A stretch of 64,000 bases of DNA from the NCBI GenBank assembly GCA_044226625.1, contig JBGAGQ010000010.1:1-64000 (forward strand), written 5' to 3'. Numbering within the stretch: the stretch's first letter is position 1; every line of letters starts with the position of its first letter. Below are positions 27,637 to 37,398 of this stretch, in pieces. The notes beneath the pieces are model-generated. The model saw only the letters and a program-made list of their open reading frames with translations. It was not told the origin of the DNA and did no database searches. The position numbers were made by a program, and so were the translations under genes. The DNA comes from Thermoanaerobaculia bacterium (GTDB lineage: Bacteria; Acidobacteriota; Thermoanaerobaculia; Multivoradales; UBA5704).

Positions 27637-30504
27637 ATGAGCACCTCTCTCACCCCCGAGCAGCGCGCCCGTTTGCGCATTGACGCCGCCCTCGCCGAGT
27701 CCGGCTGGGTGGTGCAGAGCCGGGACGAGATCAACCTCCAAAAGGCGCAAGGTGTTGCCGTTCGCGAGCTGCCGCTGCGCTCAGGGCACGGTCGGGTGGA
27801 CTATCTGCTCTTCGTCGACGAGCGCCCGGTGGGCGTGCTGGAAGCAAAACCGGAGGGGCACGCCCTCTCGGGCGCCGAACCGCAGACCCGGCTGTATGCC
27901 GCTGGAATTCCCACTTTCATGACGGCGCCGGTCGATCCGCTACCGTTCCTCTACCGTTCCACCGGCGCTCTCACCGCGTTTACCAACCTGCTCGATCCGG
28001 TGCCGAAAAGTCGGTCGATCTTCCAGATCCACCGGCCCGAAACGCTCGCCGAATGGCTGGTCGATCCGCCCGTCGACCCGGCACGGGACATGGTCTTCGA
28101 CCGGGACTCCCGAAGCTCCGGTCGTCCGGTGCCCGGCTCGCTCCGAAGCCGCCTTCGCGCGCTGCCGGAAGCCGACCTTCCGGGTCTCTGGCCGAACCAG
28201 CGCGAGGCGATCCTCGGCCTGGAGACGTCGCTCCGCGAGAACCGCCCCCGTGCGCTGATTCAAATGGCGACCGGCAGCGGCAAGACGATCGCCGCGATTA
28301 CCGCGGCGTATCGGCTGATCAAGCACGGCGGCGCCCGGCGCGTCCTCTTCCTGGTCGATCGCACGAACCTGGGCGAGCAGGCCGAGACCGCCTTCTCGAG
28401 CTACGAGACGCCGGACGACCATCGCAAGCTCACCGAGCTGTACAACGTCCAGCGCCTCGCCGGAAGCTCGATCGGCTCGGCGAGCAAGATCGTCATCACG
28501 ACGGTCCAGAGGCTCTACTCGATTCTCAAGGGCGAGCCCTATCTCGACCCGGAGGAGGAAGAGGGTTCTCAGTTCGACCGCGCGGGAACCGCCGCGGCCG
28601 AGGCGCTGCCGGTGGTCTACAATCCGAAGATCCCGCCGGAGTTTTTCGACGTGATTTTCATCGACGAGTGTCACCGGTCGATCTATTCGGTCTGGCGCCA
28701 GGTGCTCGAATATTTCGACGCCTATCTGATCGGCCTCACCGCGACTCCGGCCGCCCACACCTACGGCTTCTTCGAGCAGAATGTGGTGATGCAGTACACC
28801 CACGAGCGCGCCGTGGCCGACGGCGTGAACGTGCCGTTCGACGTCTACCGCATCCGCACGAAGATCACCGAACAGGGCGGAACGATCGAGGCGAGCTTCG
28901 AGCCGACCCTCGGTCTTCGCAATCGCGCGCAGGGGACGACGCGTTGGATTCGCCCCGACCAGCCGGTCGCCTACACGGGCGGCGACCTCGACCGCACGGT
29001 CTATGCGCCGGACCAAATCCGCCTGATCGCCCGCACCTTCCGCGACCGGCTGCCGACGGAGATCTTCCCCGGCCGCCGCGAGGTGCCGAAGACGTTGATC
29101 TACGCCAAGGACGACCGCCACGCCGAGGACATCGTGGACGCGTTTCGCCAGGAGTTCGGCCAGGGCGACGAGTTCTGCCAGAAGATCACCTACAAGACGA
29201 CGGGCAAGAAGCCGAAGGATCTGATCCAGGAGTTCCGCACGGCCTTTTATCCCCGCATCGCGGTGACGGTGGATCTCGTGGCGACCGGCACCGACATTCG
29301 CCCGATCGAGATCGTGATGTTTCTCCGCGCTGTCCATAGCCGGGTCTTTTTCGAGCAGATGAAAGGGCGCGGCGTGCGGACGATCCAGCCGGACGAGCTT
29401 CAAGGGGTGACGCCGTCGGCGCAGGAGAAGAGCCATTTCCTGCTGATCGATTGCGTCGGAGTCTGCGAGGCCGAACTCTCCGATTCGCGCCCGCTCGAAC
29501 GCAAACGCCTGGTGAGCCTCGCTTCGCTGCTCGAGCAGATCGCCCTCGGCACGCGCGACGAAGACGTCCATTCGAGCGTTGCGGCCCGGCTGCTTCGGCT
29601 CGATCGTGAGCTTTCGGCGAGGCGCGATCCGGCGGCGCGGGAGCGGCTTCGGGAGCTCGCCGGAGGAGCAACGCTCGCGGAGATCGCGGGCGAGATGATC
29701 CGCGCCCAGGACGACGACGCGGCGATCGAGGCGGCGCGCGCGGACCTTCGCCTCTCGGCCGAGGAGGATCCTCCGGAAGAAGCGGTCGAAGCGGCGGCGG
29801 CGCGTCTGGCGCGCGAGGCGGCCCAGCCGCTCGCGACGCGGCCCCTGCTGCGAAAGGCGATCGTCGAAGCGCGAAAGGATCTCGATCAGATGGTGGACGC
29901 GGTAAGCCGCGACGAGCTGCTCGAGGCGGGCGCTTCTCCCGAAGCGAAGGACCGGGCGCGCGCGCTGGTCCAGGATTTCGAGTCGTTCCTCGCGGAGAAC
30001 CAGGATGAGATCGAGGCGCTCCAGTTTTTCTATTCGGTCGAGTACCGGCACCGGCTCCGTTTCGACGACATTCAAAGCCTCGCAAATGCGATCGGATCGC
30101 CCCCGCGCTCCTGGACGCCGGAGCGCCTCTGGCGCGCCTATTCGGTGCTCGAACAGGATCGCGTGCGCGGCGCGTCGTCGAAGCGGCTGTTGACGGACGT
30201 GGTGTCGCTGGTCCGCTTCGCGCTGCACCAGGACGAGGAGCTGGTGCCGTTCCCGGAGCGCGTGGAGCGACGGTTCCGGGTCTGGCTGCAACAGCAGGAG
30301 ACGGCGGGGCGGAGCTTTACGGAGAGCCAGCGGAAGTGGCTGGAGATGATGCGCGACCACATCGGAACGAGCCTCGCGGTCGAGATGGACGATTTTTCCT
30401 ATACGCCCTTCGTCGGCGAGGGTGGGCTGGGCAAGGCGCGGCAGGTTTTCGGAGAGGAGTTGGGTGAGGTGATGCGGGAGTTGAATGAGGTGTTGGCGGC
30501 GTGA
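27637..30504 (+). CDS. hsdR: Type I restriction enzyme subunit R (EcoEI/EcoAI-like)
   Basis: Nuclease DYLL...LEAK, QMATGSGKT, DECHRS, GLTATP, QMKGRG, EcoEI-like C-terminal domain. Confidence 0.95.
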   Translation: MSTSLTPEQRARLRIDAALAESGWVVQSRDEINLQKAQGVAVRELPLRSGHGRVDYLLFVDERPVGVLEAKPEGHALSGAEPQTRLYAAGIPTFMTAPVDPLPFLYRSTGALTAFTNLLDPVPKSRSIFQIHRPETLAEWLVDPPVDPARDMVFDRDSRSSGRPVPGSLRSRLRALPEADLPGLWPNQREAILGLETSLRENRPRALIQMATGSGKTIAAITAAYRLIKHGGARRVLFLVDRTNLGEQAETAFSSYETPDDHRKLTELYNVQRLAGSSIGSASKIVITTVQRLYSILKGEPYLDPEEEEGSQFDRAGTAAAEALPVVYNPKIPPEFFDVIFIDECHRSIYSVWRQVLEYFDAYLIGLTATPAAHTYGFFEQNVVMQYTHERAVADGVNVPFDVYRIRTKITEQGGTIEASFEPTLGLRNRAQGTTRWIRPDQPVAYTGGDLDRTVYAPDQIRLIARTFRDRLPTEIFPGRREVPKTLIYAKDDRHAEDIVDAFRQEFGQGDEFCQKITYKTTGKKPKDLIQEFRTAFYPRIAVTVDLVATGTDIRPIEIVMFLRAVHSRVFFEQMKGRGVRTIQPDELQGVTPSAQEKSHFLLIDCVGVCEAELSDSRPLERKRLVSLASLLEQIALGTRDEDVHSSVAARLLRLDRELSARRDPAARERLRELAGGATLAEIAGEMIRAQDDDAAIEAARADLRLSAEEDPPEEAVEAAAARLAREAAQPLATRPLLRKAIVEARKDLDQMVDAVSRDELLEAGASPEAKDRARALVQDFESFLAENQDEIEALQFFYSVEYRHRLRFDDIQSLANAIGSPPRSWTPERLWRAYSVLEQDRVRGASSKRLLTDVVSLVRFALHQDEELVPFPERVERRFRVWLQQQETAGRSFTESQRKWLEMMRDHIGTSLAVEMDDFSYTPFVGEGGLGKARQVFGEELGEVMRELNEVLAA

Positions 30505-32063
30505 GGAAGGAATTACCCAATACATGGGTGTTGGCTAGACTTAGCGAGGTGGGTGATTTTCACTGTGGTCAGTCCCCGACGACTTCAACAGTTAATTCCA
30601 TCGGGATTGGCGTTCCGTATGTGTCGGGTCCTGAGCAGTGGGACGGGGCGCGCGTCCATCTCACGAAGTGGACATCAGATGCGAGGCGCGTAGCGCCTGA
30701 TGGGTCGATCTTCATTACAGTCAAGGGCGCAGGCGTAGGAACGGTTTTCCCGGGAACTCGCGCGGCGATCGGCCGTGATATCTACGCCTTCTCTCCGCTC
30801 GGAGAGATCTCGCCTCGATATCTCGAGCACGGACTCCGTTGGACGATTCACGAGATCGTCAAGAAGGCCGTGGGGGATATTCCCGGTCTCTCGAAGGGCC
30901 AACTGTCCGATCACTGCTTACCCCTTGCGCCTTCAAGCGAACAGCGCCGAATCGTAGATGTCTTGGACTCCTACCTCACCCGCCTCGACGTCGCCGAGCA
31001 AGCCCTCCTCCGCGCCCAAGCGAATCTGAGGCGCTACCGCGCCTCGGTTCTCAAAGCGGCCGTCGAAGGCCGCCTCGTTATCACCGAGGCGGAGCTGGCG
31101 CGTCAGGAAGGACGAGAGTACGAGCCGGCGTCGGTGCTGCTCGCGAGAATCCTCGCCGAACGAAAGCTCCGATGGGAAAAAGCCGAGCTGGCGAAGATGA
31201 AGGCGAAGGGGATCGTTCCGAAGGACGATCGATGGAAGGCCCGATACGAGGAGCCGGTGGGGCCGGATTTGAGCGGGCTGCCGGATTTGCCGGAGGGGTG
31301 GTGCTGGACGACGGTGGAGGCTCTATTTTGGAATGCAGGGTATGGAACCTCACAGAAGTGCAGCCTCGAAGGCCAAGGGCCTGTAGTGCTTCGAATTCCG
31401 AACATCCGGAACCAAAGGATTGACCTCGCGGACTTGAAGTACGCCACAGATGCCGAACAACTGTCAGATGAAGGGGAAGTTGGTGCGGGTGATTTTCTCT
31501 TTATTCGGACTAACGGTAGCAAGGAGCTTATCGGCCGCGGCGCATTGGTAGGCGCTGATTTACGGGAGGCATGCCATTTCGCTTCCTACTTAATTCGACT
31601 CAGGCTCGTATTAGTGGATGCCTCAGCTGAGTGGTTTGCTCGCGCTTGGCATTCTGAGCCGGTACGTTCTCAGCTCATGCGAGATGCGGCATCGAGCGCA
31701 GGGCAACACAACGTGAGTCTAGGCTCCGCTTGCTCCTTCGTGCTGCCTCTTCCACCTATGGCCGAACAAGCTCGAATCGTCACCGAGTTGGCTCGCCTGG
31801 AATCAGTGGCTGAGGGAGCCGAGGCAAATCTGCTGGAGGCGGTTGCCCACATCGCCCGCCTTCGCCAATCCATCCTCAAGTGGGCCTTCGAAGGGAAGCT
31901 CGTCGACCAAGATCCGAACGACGAGCCAGCGGCGGAGCTGCTGGCGCGGATTCGCGCGGAGCGAGAGAAGTCGGGGGCGCAAAGGAGCCAATCTCGGCGC
32001 GCGGGGCGCCAACCGCGGGCGGAAGCGGAGCGCCGAGCCCGATCTTCGCGTTCCGGGGCGTGA
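30501..32063 (+). CDS. hsdS: Type I restriction enzyme specificity subunit S
   Basis: LPNTW/LPEGWCW, PLAPSSEQRRIV, PLPPMAEQARIV, LRQSILKWAFEGKLVDQDPNDEPA; two TRDs; GTGA overlap with hsdR. Confidence 0.93.
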   Translation: MRKELPNTWVLARLSEVGDFHCGQSPTTSTVNSIGIGVPYVSGPEQWDGARVHLTKWTSDARRVAPDGSIFITVKGAGVGTVFPGTRAAIGRDIYAFSPLGEISPRYLEHGLRWTIHEIVKKAVGDIPGLSKGQLSDHCLPLAPSSEQRRIVDVLDSYLTRLDVAEQALLRAQANLRRYRASVLKAAVEGRLVITEAELARQEGREYEPASVLLARILAERKLRWEKAELAKMKAKGIVPKDDRWKARYEEPVGPDLSGLPDLPEGWCWTTVEALFWNAGYGTSQKCSLEGQGPVVLRIPNIRNQRIDLADLKYATDAEQLSDEGEVGAGDFLFIRTNGSKELIGRGALVGADLREACHFASYLIRLRLVLVDASAEWFARAWHSEPVRSQLMRDAASSAGQHNVSLGSACSFVLPLPPMAEQARIVTELARLESVAEGAEANLLEAVAHIARLRQSILKWAFEGKLVDQDPNDEPAAELLARIRAEREKSGAQRSQSRRAGRQPRAEAERRARSSRSGA

Positions 32064-32381
32064 AGCGACTTCCCGCGGCCGACCGACTCTTCCGGCGCCG
32101 CAAAGCGACTTCCCGCCGCGGAAACACGTTCTCGGAGCCAGGAAGTCACTTCCTGCGCTGGGAAGTCACTTTCTGGGCTGGGAAGTCACTTCTTGGCGTA
32201 GGAAGTCATTTCGTGGTGCTGAGAAGTCACTTCCTGAGCTCGGAAGTCACTTCCTGGCTCGGGAAGTCACTTCCGGCTGTGGGAAGTCACTTCCGGCTGT
32301 GGGAAGTCACTTCCGGCTGTGGGAAGTCACTTCCTGGCTCGGGAAGTCACTTCCTGGCCTGAGAAGTCACTTCCTGGACTG
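32061..32381. repeat. 20-bp tandem array with palindromic core GGAAGT-C-ACTTCC and 7-bp variable linkers
   Basis: 12 clear units starting at 32141, 32161, 32181, 32201, 32222, 32242, 32262, 32282, 32302, 32322, 32342, 32362, plus about 4 degenerate in-phase units at 32061-32140. Confidence 0.95.
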
Positions 32382-32422
32382 TACGCGCTGGATTCCTGAG
32401 CCGAGATAAGCTCCCGCTCCCG

Positions 32423-33922
32423 ATGGCCGAAACCTCCGATCGTTTGGTCCAAAAACTCTGGAGCTACTGCCAGGTTCTGCGCGACGACGGCTTGTCGTAC
32501 CAGGATTACCTGGAGCAGCTCACCTTCCTCCTCTTCCTGAAGATGGCCGACGAGCGGGAACGGCTGACCGGCGAAACGCAGCCGATCCCCAAAGGCTTCC
32601 GTTGGAAAGACCTCGCGGCGCCGCGGATGGAAGGGGTCGCGCTCGAAGACCACTACCGGAAGACGCTCGCCCGGCTCGGGCGCGAAGGGGGGATGCTCGG
32701 CCTGATCTTCCGCAAGGCGCAGAACAAGATCCAGGATCCCGCCAAGCTGCGCCGGCTGATCGTCGACCTGATCGGTCAGGACGACTGGCTCTCCATGACC
32801 GCCGACGTCAAAGGCGACGCCTACGAGGGGCTGCTCGAACGAAACGCCCAGGACGTCAAAGGAGGGGCCGGCCAGTACTTCACACCGCGCCCGTTGATCG
32901 ACGCGATCGTCGACTGCATCCAGCCGCGCCCGGGCGAAGTGATCGTCGATCCGGCTTGTGGCACCGGTGGATTTCTGCTCGCGGCTTACGGCTACGTCGC
33001 CGGAAACTACAGCCTCGACAAGAAGCAGAAGAGCCACCTGCGCTACGACGCGCTACGGGGCGTCGAGCTCGTCGACGGCGTCGCACGGCTGTGCGCGATG
33101 AACCTGCTCCTCCATGGCGTGGGGCCGACCGACGACGAGCGCGAGCCGCCGATTGCGATCGACGACGCCTTGCGGAACGAGCCCGAGGCGCACGCCGACG
33201 TCGTGCTCACCAACCCGCCGTTCGGCAAGAAGTCGAGCATCACCGTGATCAACGAGGAGGGGGACGCGGATCGCCAGTCTCTCGCCTACAACCGGCCCGA
33301 CTTCTGGACCACCACCTCGAACAAGCAGCTCAACTTCGTCCAGCACGTCAAATCGGTCTTGAAGATCCACGGACGCGCCGCGGTCGTGGTTCCCGACAAC
33401 GTGCTGTTCGAAGGGGGAGCGGGCGAGACCGTCCGCCGCCGGCTGCTCCACGACACGGAGCTCCACACCGTCCTGCGGCTGCCCACCGGTATCTTCTACG
33501 CGCAGGGGGTGAAGGCGAACGTCCTCTTCTTCGACCGCAAGCCGGGAAGCGACAAGCCTTGGACCCGCGAGGTCTGGTTCTACGACCTTCGGACCAACAA
33601 GCACTTCACGCTCAAGGAGCGGCGCCTCATCCGCGCCGATCTCGACGAGTTCGTCGCCTGCTTCAAGCCGGGCGAGCGCGCGAAGCGCAAGGCCACCTGG
33701 TCCGAAAAGAACCCCGAGGGGCGGTTCCGTCGCTACGGCTACGACGAGCTGATCCAGCGCGACAAGGTGAGCCTCGACCTCTTCTGGTTGCGCGACGAGA
33801 GCCTCGAAGACGCGGCGAACCTTCCCGACCCGCACCTCCTCGCCGCCGAGATCGCCGACGATCTGCGCGCCGCCTTGGAGCAGATCGAGGACGTTCTCGC
33901 CGACCTGCGCGCGCGGGCTTGA
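32423..33922 (+). CDS. hsdM: Type I restriction-modification N6-adenine methyltransferase subunit M
   Basis: LVQKLWSYCQVLRDDG, GAGQYFTPR, DPACGTGGFL, LTNPPFG, LRLPTGIFYAQGV. Confidence 0.97.
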   Translation: MAETSDRLVQKLWSYCQVLRDDGLSYQDYLEQLTFLLFLKMADERERLTGETQPIPKGFRWKDLAAPRMEGVALEDHYRKTLARLGREGGMLGLIFRKAQNKIQDPAKLRRLIVDLIGQDDWLSMTADVKGDAYEGLLERNAQDVKGGAGQYFTPRPLIDAIVDCIQPRPGEVIVDPACGTGGFLLAAYGYVAGNYSLDKKQKSHLRYDALRGVELVDGVARLCAMNLLLHGVGPTDDEREPPIAIDDALRNEPEAHADVVLTNPPFGKKSSITVINEEGDADRQSLAYNRPDFWTTTSNKQLNFVQHVKSVLKIHGRAAVVVPDNVLFEGGAGETVRRRLLHDTELHTVLRLPTGIFYAQGVKANVLFFDRKPGSDKPWTREVWFYDLRTNKHFTLKERRLIRADLDEFVACFKPGERAKRKATWSEKNPEGRFRRYGYDELIQRDKVSLDLFWLRDESLEDAANLPDPHLLAAEIADDLRAALEQIEDVLADLRARA

Positions 33923-34030
33923 AGGCCGGCCCTGCCGGGGCTGCCGGCATGCCGCAGATCGTTCCAGCGGAATTGCCGTTCCCTCGGGAAGAATCACCGC
34001 ACCTCGGCGAAAAAACTTCCGCCGCGGCTG

Positions 34031-34719
34031 CTACCCGCCGAGCCCGAGCTCTTCGATCGACTGGACCTCGAACACCCGATCGGCGACGGTGCTCAGCTTC
34101 TCTACGGACTGAAGTGCGTTCAGGCGCTGTTGGATGGCTGAAGGCACTTCGCCGAACCGCTGGCCGATTTGGCGGATCAGCATTCGGCGCAGAACGGCCG
34201 CAACCTCTTCTCGCCCTTCTTCTCGGCCTTCCTGTCGGCCTTCTTTCCGGCCCTCTCGGAGGCCCTTTTTGAGCCCCTTCGCTTCGATCTTGTCAGCCCA
34301 GGTCATTTGCATCGCTCGGATCTCCGGAGAGTCTTGGGCAGCGGCGAGAGAAGCGTACTCCTCGGCGTCACGCCCCTTCAAGGGTAGATAGGTCTCGACA
34401 CAGTTGACCAGCAGGAGCTTCTGGTGCTCGTCGATTGGTGCAGCGGCGATCTTCGTGAGCGCCATGAACTTAACCTTGGCTCGTCCGCGACCTCATGCCC
34501 TGCCGTTTCCTCGACGTGGAAATTCCAGGAAGGGCCGGCGGCGAGCAGGTCGACTACGCGATGCTCCTCTTCCGGGGAGTCCGGAATCAGCTCCTTGTCG
34601 CGGAACTCGACCTCGATCTCGGCTGGAAGCCGAGCAGCGAGCTGGGCGTCCACCAGCAGGAGCAGATCCCGAAAGAACGCGCGGAACAGCGATTTGAACA
34701 GGTGGTCGTGGGGAGGCAC
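34031..34719 (-). pseudogene. Rpn (recombination-promoting nuclease/YhgA-like) gene with internal deletion and frameshift; DUF4351-like C-terminus intact
   Basis: PHDHLFKSLF...F.DKEL...VDLLA N-terminus and MTWADKIEAKG...EGRQEGREEGREE...RQIGQRFG C-terminus lie in different frames; total length far shorter than a full Rpn. Confidence 0.75.
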
Positions 34720-34815
34720 GGCGAAATTCTCCTTTCGTCGTACCTAGGACGTGGACGCGCCCTTTCCATCTTGCAATTCGTGTCGATCGGCTCTTGAGTC
34801 CTACCCAGGCCGAGA

Positions 34816-36225
34816 TTAGGCCGCTTCGACGCCGGGCGATCCGGCCCCGACCTTCACGACGACGAACGTCAGGTCGTCGCGCTGGGGGGCGCCAGCCTGG
34901 AACTCTGAGAAGTCGGCGAGCAGAGCGTCGCGCACTGTCTCGGCCGAGACTCCGCGCGGTATTCGCGCGAGCGAGGCGGCGAGCCGATCGAGGCCATAGG
35001 GCTCGCCGTGTCGGTCTTCCCCTTCGTAGAGGCCGTCGGAATGGAGGAGGAGCAGGTCGTCCTCCTCGATCGTCACTTCGCGGGTGCCGAAGCGCGGGTC
35101 GAGCTGGGTGCCGAGCGGCAGCGAAGGCAGGTCGACCTCGTTCACCCCGGCGCGGCTCGCGTGGAGAATCGGCGGGTGGCCGGCGTTGGCGACGGTCGCG
35201 GTCCGTCGGGTTGGGTCGAGCACGACGATCGCGAGCGTCACGAGCTTGCGGCGTCGCGCGGTCTGCTGGACCATCGCGTTGAGCTTGCCGAGCACTTCGA
35301 GCGGTCGATCGAGCTCCGTGGCGAGGAGCGTGAGGCAGCTGCGGACACCCGCGAGCAGCAGGCCGCTCGCCATGCCGTGACCGGCGACGTCGCCCACGAC
35401 GATCGCGAGCTTTCCCCCTTCGAGCGGGAAGTAATCGTAATAGTCGCCTCCGACCTCGGTCGCCGGACACGACAGGCTGCAGATGTCGAGCCATCCTTGC
35501 GGGGGGCAGCCTTCCGGGAGCATCGCGAGCTGGATCTCGCGCGCGTAGTCGAGCTCCTGCCGCATGCGCAGCTGTTCCCGCGTGCTCGTCTGCGCCGCCG
35601 TGAACAGGCCGAGGATCTCGCGCCTTCGTCGCCGCGAAGCGGCGAGACCGACGATGAGCGCGAAGACCTGATTGCTCGAGACCGCGAAGAAGGTGGGCGT
35701 CGAATCGTCGGGGCTGCCGCCGAACGGCATGCCGAACACCGCCGCGACGAGAAGGCCGAGCACGACCGAGCCGTGGATCAGCAGGCGCTCGACCGGCCGT
35801 AGGCGGAACGGAGCCACCAGATAGCCGACGATGATCGTCAACGGAATCAGCGCGTCCAGGCCGAGCGTCGCCCCGAGCGTCGAAAGGAGGGCGACTTCGA
35901 GCAGGACCACGACCGAGGCCCGCGGCTGGCGGGCGATCAGCGCTCGCGCCGGCTCGACGATCCGGTCGGCACCTTCGGTCGGGGAACGGCGCAACCGCCA
36001 ACGCCGCAAGGCGAAGAACCAGACCAGGGCGAACAGGACGCTGGGCGCGGTGATCGCGAGGCGCTTCGGATCGCCGGTCGCCGCCGCGATCGTGCCGCCG
36101 ATCGCGGTGAGTCCGTAGAGGACGACGAACCACCGCGCTCGACTCAGGTTCGACGCGTCGAACCGACGGGCGACCGCCTGTTCGCCGGACAGCTCGGTCA
36201 ACTCGTCCAGGGTGAAGGGCTCCAC
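34816..36225 (-). CDS. Membrane-anchored PP2C/SpoIIE-family phosphatase
   Basis: AREIQLAMLP, EVGGDYYD, GDVAGHG, NAGHPP, HSDGLYE, RDDLT. Confidence 0.93.
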   Translation of the reverse strand: MEPFTLDELTELSGEQAVARRFDASNLSRARWFVVLYGLTAIGGTIAAATGDPKRLAITAPSVLFALVWFFALRRWRLRRSPTEGADRIVEPARALIARQPRASVVVLLEVALLSTLGATLGLDALIPLTIIVGYLVAPFRLRPVERLLIHGSVVLGLLVAAVFGMPFGGSPDDSTPTFFAVSSNQVFALIVGLAASRRRRREILGLFTAAQTSTREQLRMRQELDYAREIQLAMLPEGCPPQGWLDICSLSCPATEVGGDYYDYFPLEGGKLAIVVGDVAGHGMASGLLLAGVRSCLTLLATELDRPLEVLGKLNAMVQQTARRRKLVTLAIVVLDPTRRTATVANAGHPPILHASRAGVNEVDLPSLPLGTQLDPRFGTREVTIEEDDLLLLHSDGLYEGEDRHGEPYGLDRLAASLARIPRGVSAETVRDALLADFSEFQAGAPQRDDLTFVVVKVGAGSPGVEAA

Positions 36226-36391
36226 GCGGCTATCTTACCCGTGGCCTCCTTCCTCTCGGCCTTTCGACCTCGAGCGACCCCTCGGCGGACCGAAACGGAT
36301 AGGTCCGTCGACCTCCGCGGAAGCGAGAGCCGTGCTCAACGGGTACACTCTCGCGGCTGATCCAAACGGTCTATTTGAGGAGAGGGTTCCA

Positions 36392-37396
36392 ATGCCGATT
36401 CGTGTCTTGCAGGTGGGGCTGGGGCCGATCGGGCTATCGATCGCTCGGCAGGTGGCGGGGCGGGCGGGGTTCGCGCTCGTGGGTGGGGTCGACCTGGACC
36501 CCGCGAAATCGAACCGCGATGTCGGAACCCTCGCGGGGCTCGGGCGCGAGATCGGGGCGATCGCTTCGGGCGACCTCGCCGAAGCGCTCGTGCGGATGCG
36601 GCCGGAGATCGCGGTCGTTTCGACCAGCTCGGCGCTCGAAAGGGTCGAGCCGACGATCGCGGCCTGCCTGGAGGCGGGGGTGGCCGTCGTCTCGACCACG
36701 GAGGAGCTGTCGTTTCCCTGGCGGGAGCGGCCGGAGCTCGCGCGGCGGATCGACGAGGCGGCGAAGCGTGCCGAGCGCGCGGTGCTTGGCACGGGCGTGA
36801 ACCCGGGTTTCGCGATGGACGCGCTGCCGCTCGCGCTCTCCGCCGTGTGCGAGCGGGTGGACGCCGTCACCGTCCGCCGGATCCAGGACGCCTCGAAGCG
36901 TCGCCTACCGTTCCAGAAGAAGATTGGCGCCGGGCTTTCCGTCGAGGAGTTCCACGCCAAGGTCGCGGCCGGCGGCGTGCGCCACGTCGGGCTCGCCGAA
37001 TCGATCGGCATGCTCGCGAGTGCGTTCGGTTGGAAGCTCGATTCCGTGACCGACGAGATCTGGCCGAAAATCGCCGAGGCGCCGGTCGTCTCGTCGGAGC
37101 TCTCGGTCGCCGCGGGCGATTGCAGCGGCGTGGTGCAGCTCGGTCTAGGGAAGGAAGGGGAGACCGTCCGCGTCCGCCTCGAATTCGAGGCTTATCTCGG
37201 GGCTCCGGAAAGCTACGACGAGGTCGAGATCGCAGGGTCTCCAGCGCTCACGTCGCGCGTCGTGGGTGGTATCCCCGGCGATCTGGCCACGGCCTCGATC
37301 GTGGTCAACGCGATCCCCCGCGTGCTCGCGGCGCCCGCCGGCCTGATCACCATGCGCGACCTGCCCCCGGCCCATTGGTGGCCGGGGGAGGTTTGA
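36392..37396 (+). CDS. DapB-like NAD(P)-dependent amine dehydrogenase (2,4-diaminopentanoate dehydrogenase family)
   Basis: GLGPIG Rossmann motif, STTEELSFP, LGTGVNPGFAMD, RRLPFQKKIGAG, GDLATA. Confidence 0.85.
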   Translation: MPIRVLQVGLGPIGLSIARQVAGRAGFALVGGVDLDPAKSNRDVGTLAGLGREIGAIASGDLAEALVRMRPEIAVVSTSSALERVEPTIAACLEAGVAVVSTTEELSFPWRERPELARRIDEAAKRAERAVLGTGVNPGFAMDALPLALSAVCERVDAVTVRRIQDASKRRLPFQKKIGAGLSVEEFHAKVAAGGVRHVGLAESIGMLASAFGWKLDSVTDEIWPKIAEAPVVSSELSVAAGDCSGVVQLGLGKEGETVRVRLEFEAYLGAPESYDEVEIAGSPALTSRVVGGIPGDLATASIVVNAIPRVLAAPAGLITMRDLPPAHWWPGEV

Positions 37397-37398
37397 CG

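Noticed and set aside
32141-32381. CRISPR array
   Set aside because: 13-bp core, 7-bp linkers that are partly identical, and no cas genes; kept as a tandem repeat instead
31843-32409. ORFs spanning the repeat (31843-32409, 31880-32362)
   Set aside because: Translations are periodic by-products of the 20-bp unit and overlap hsdS
34031-34719. IS element
   Set aside because: Rpn/YhgA-like proteins are not established transposases; no terminal inverted repeats or target duplication seen
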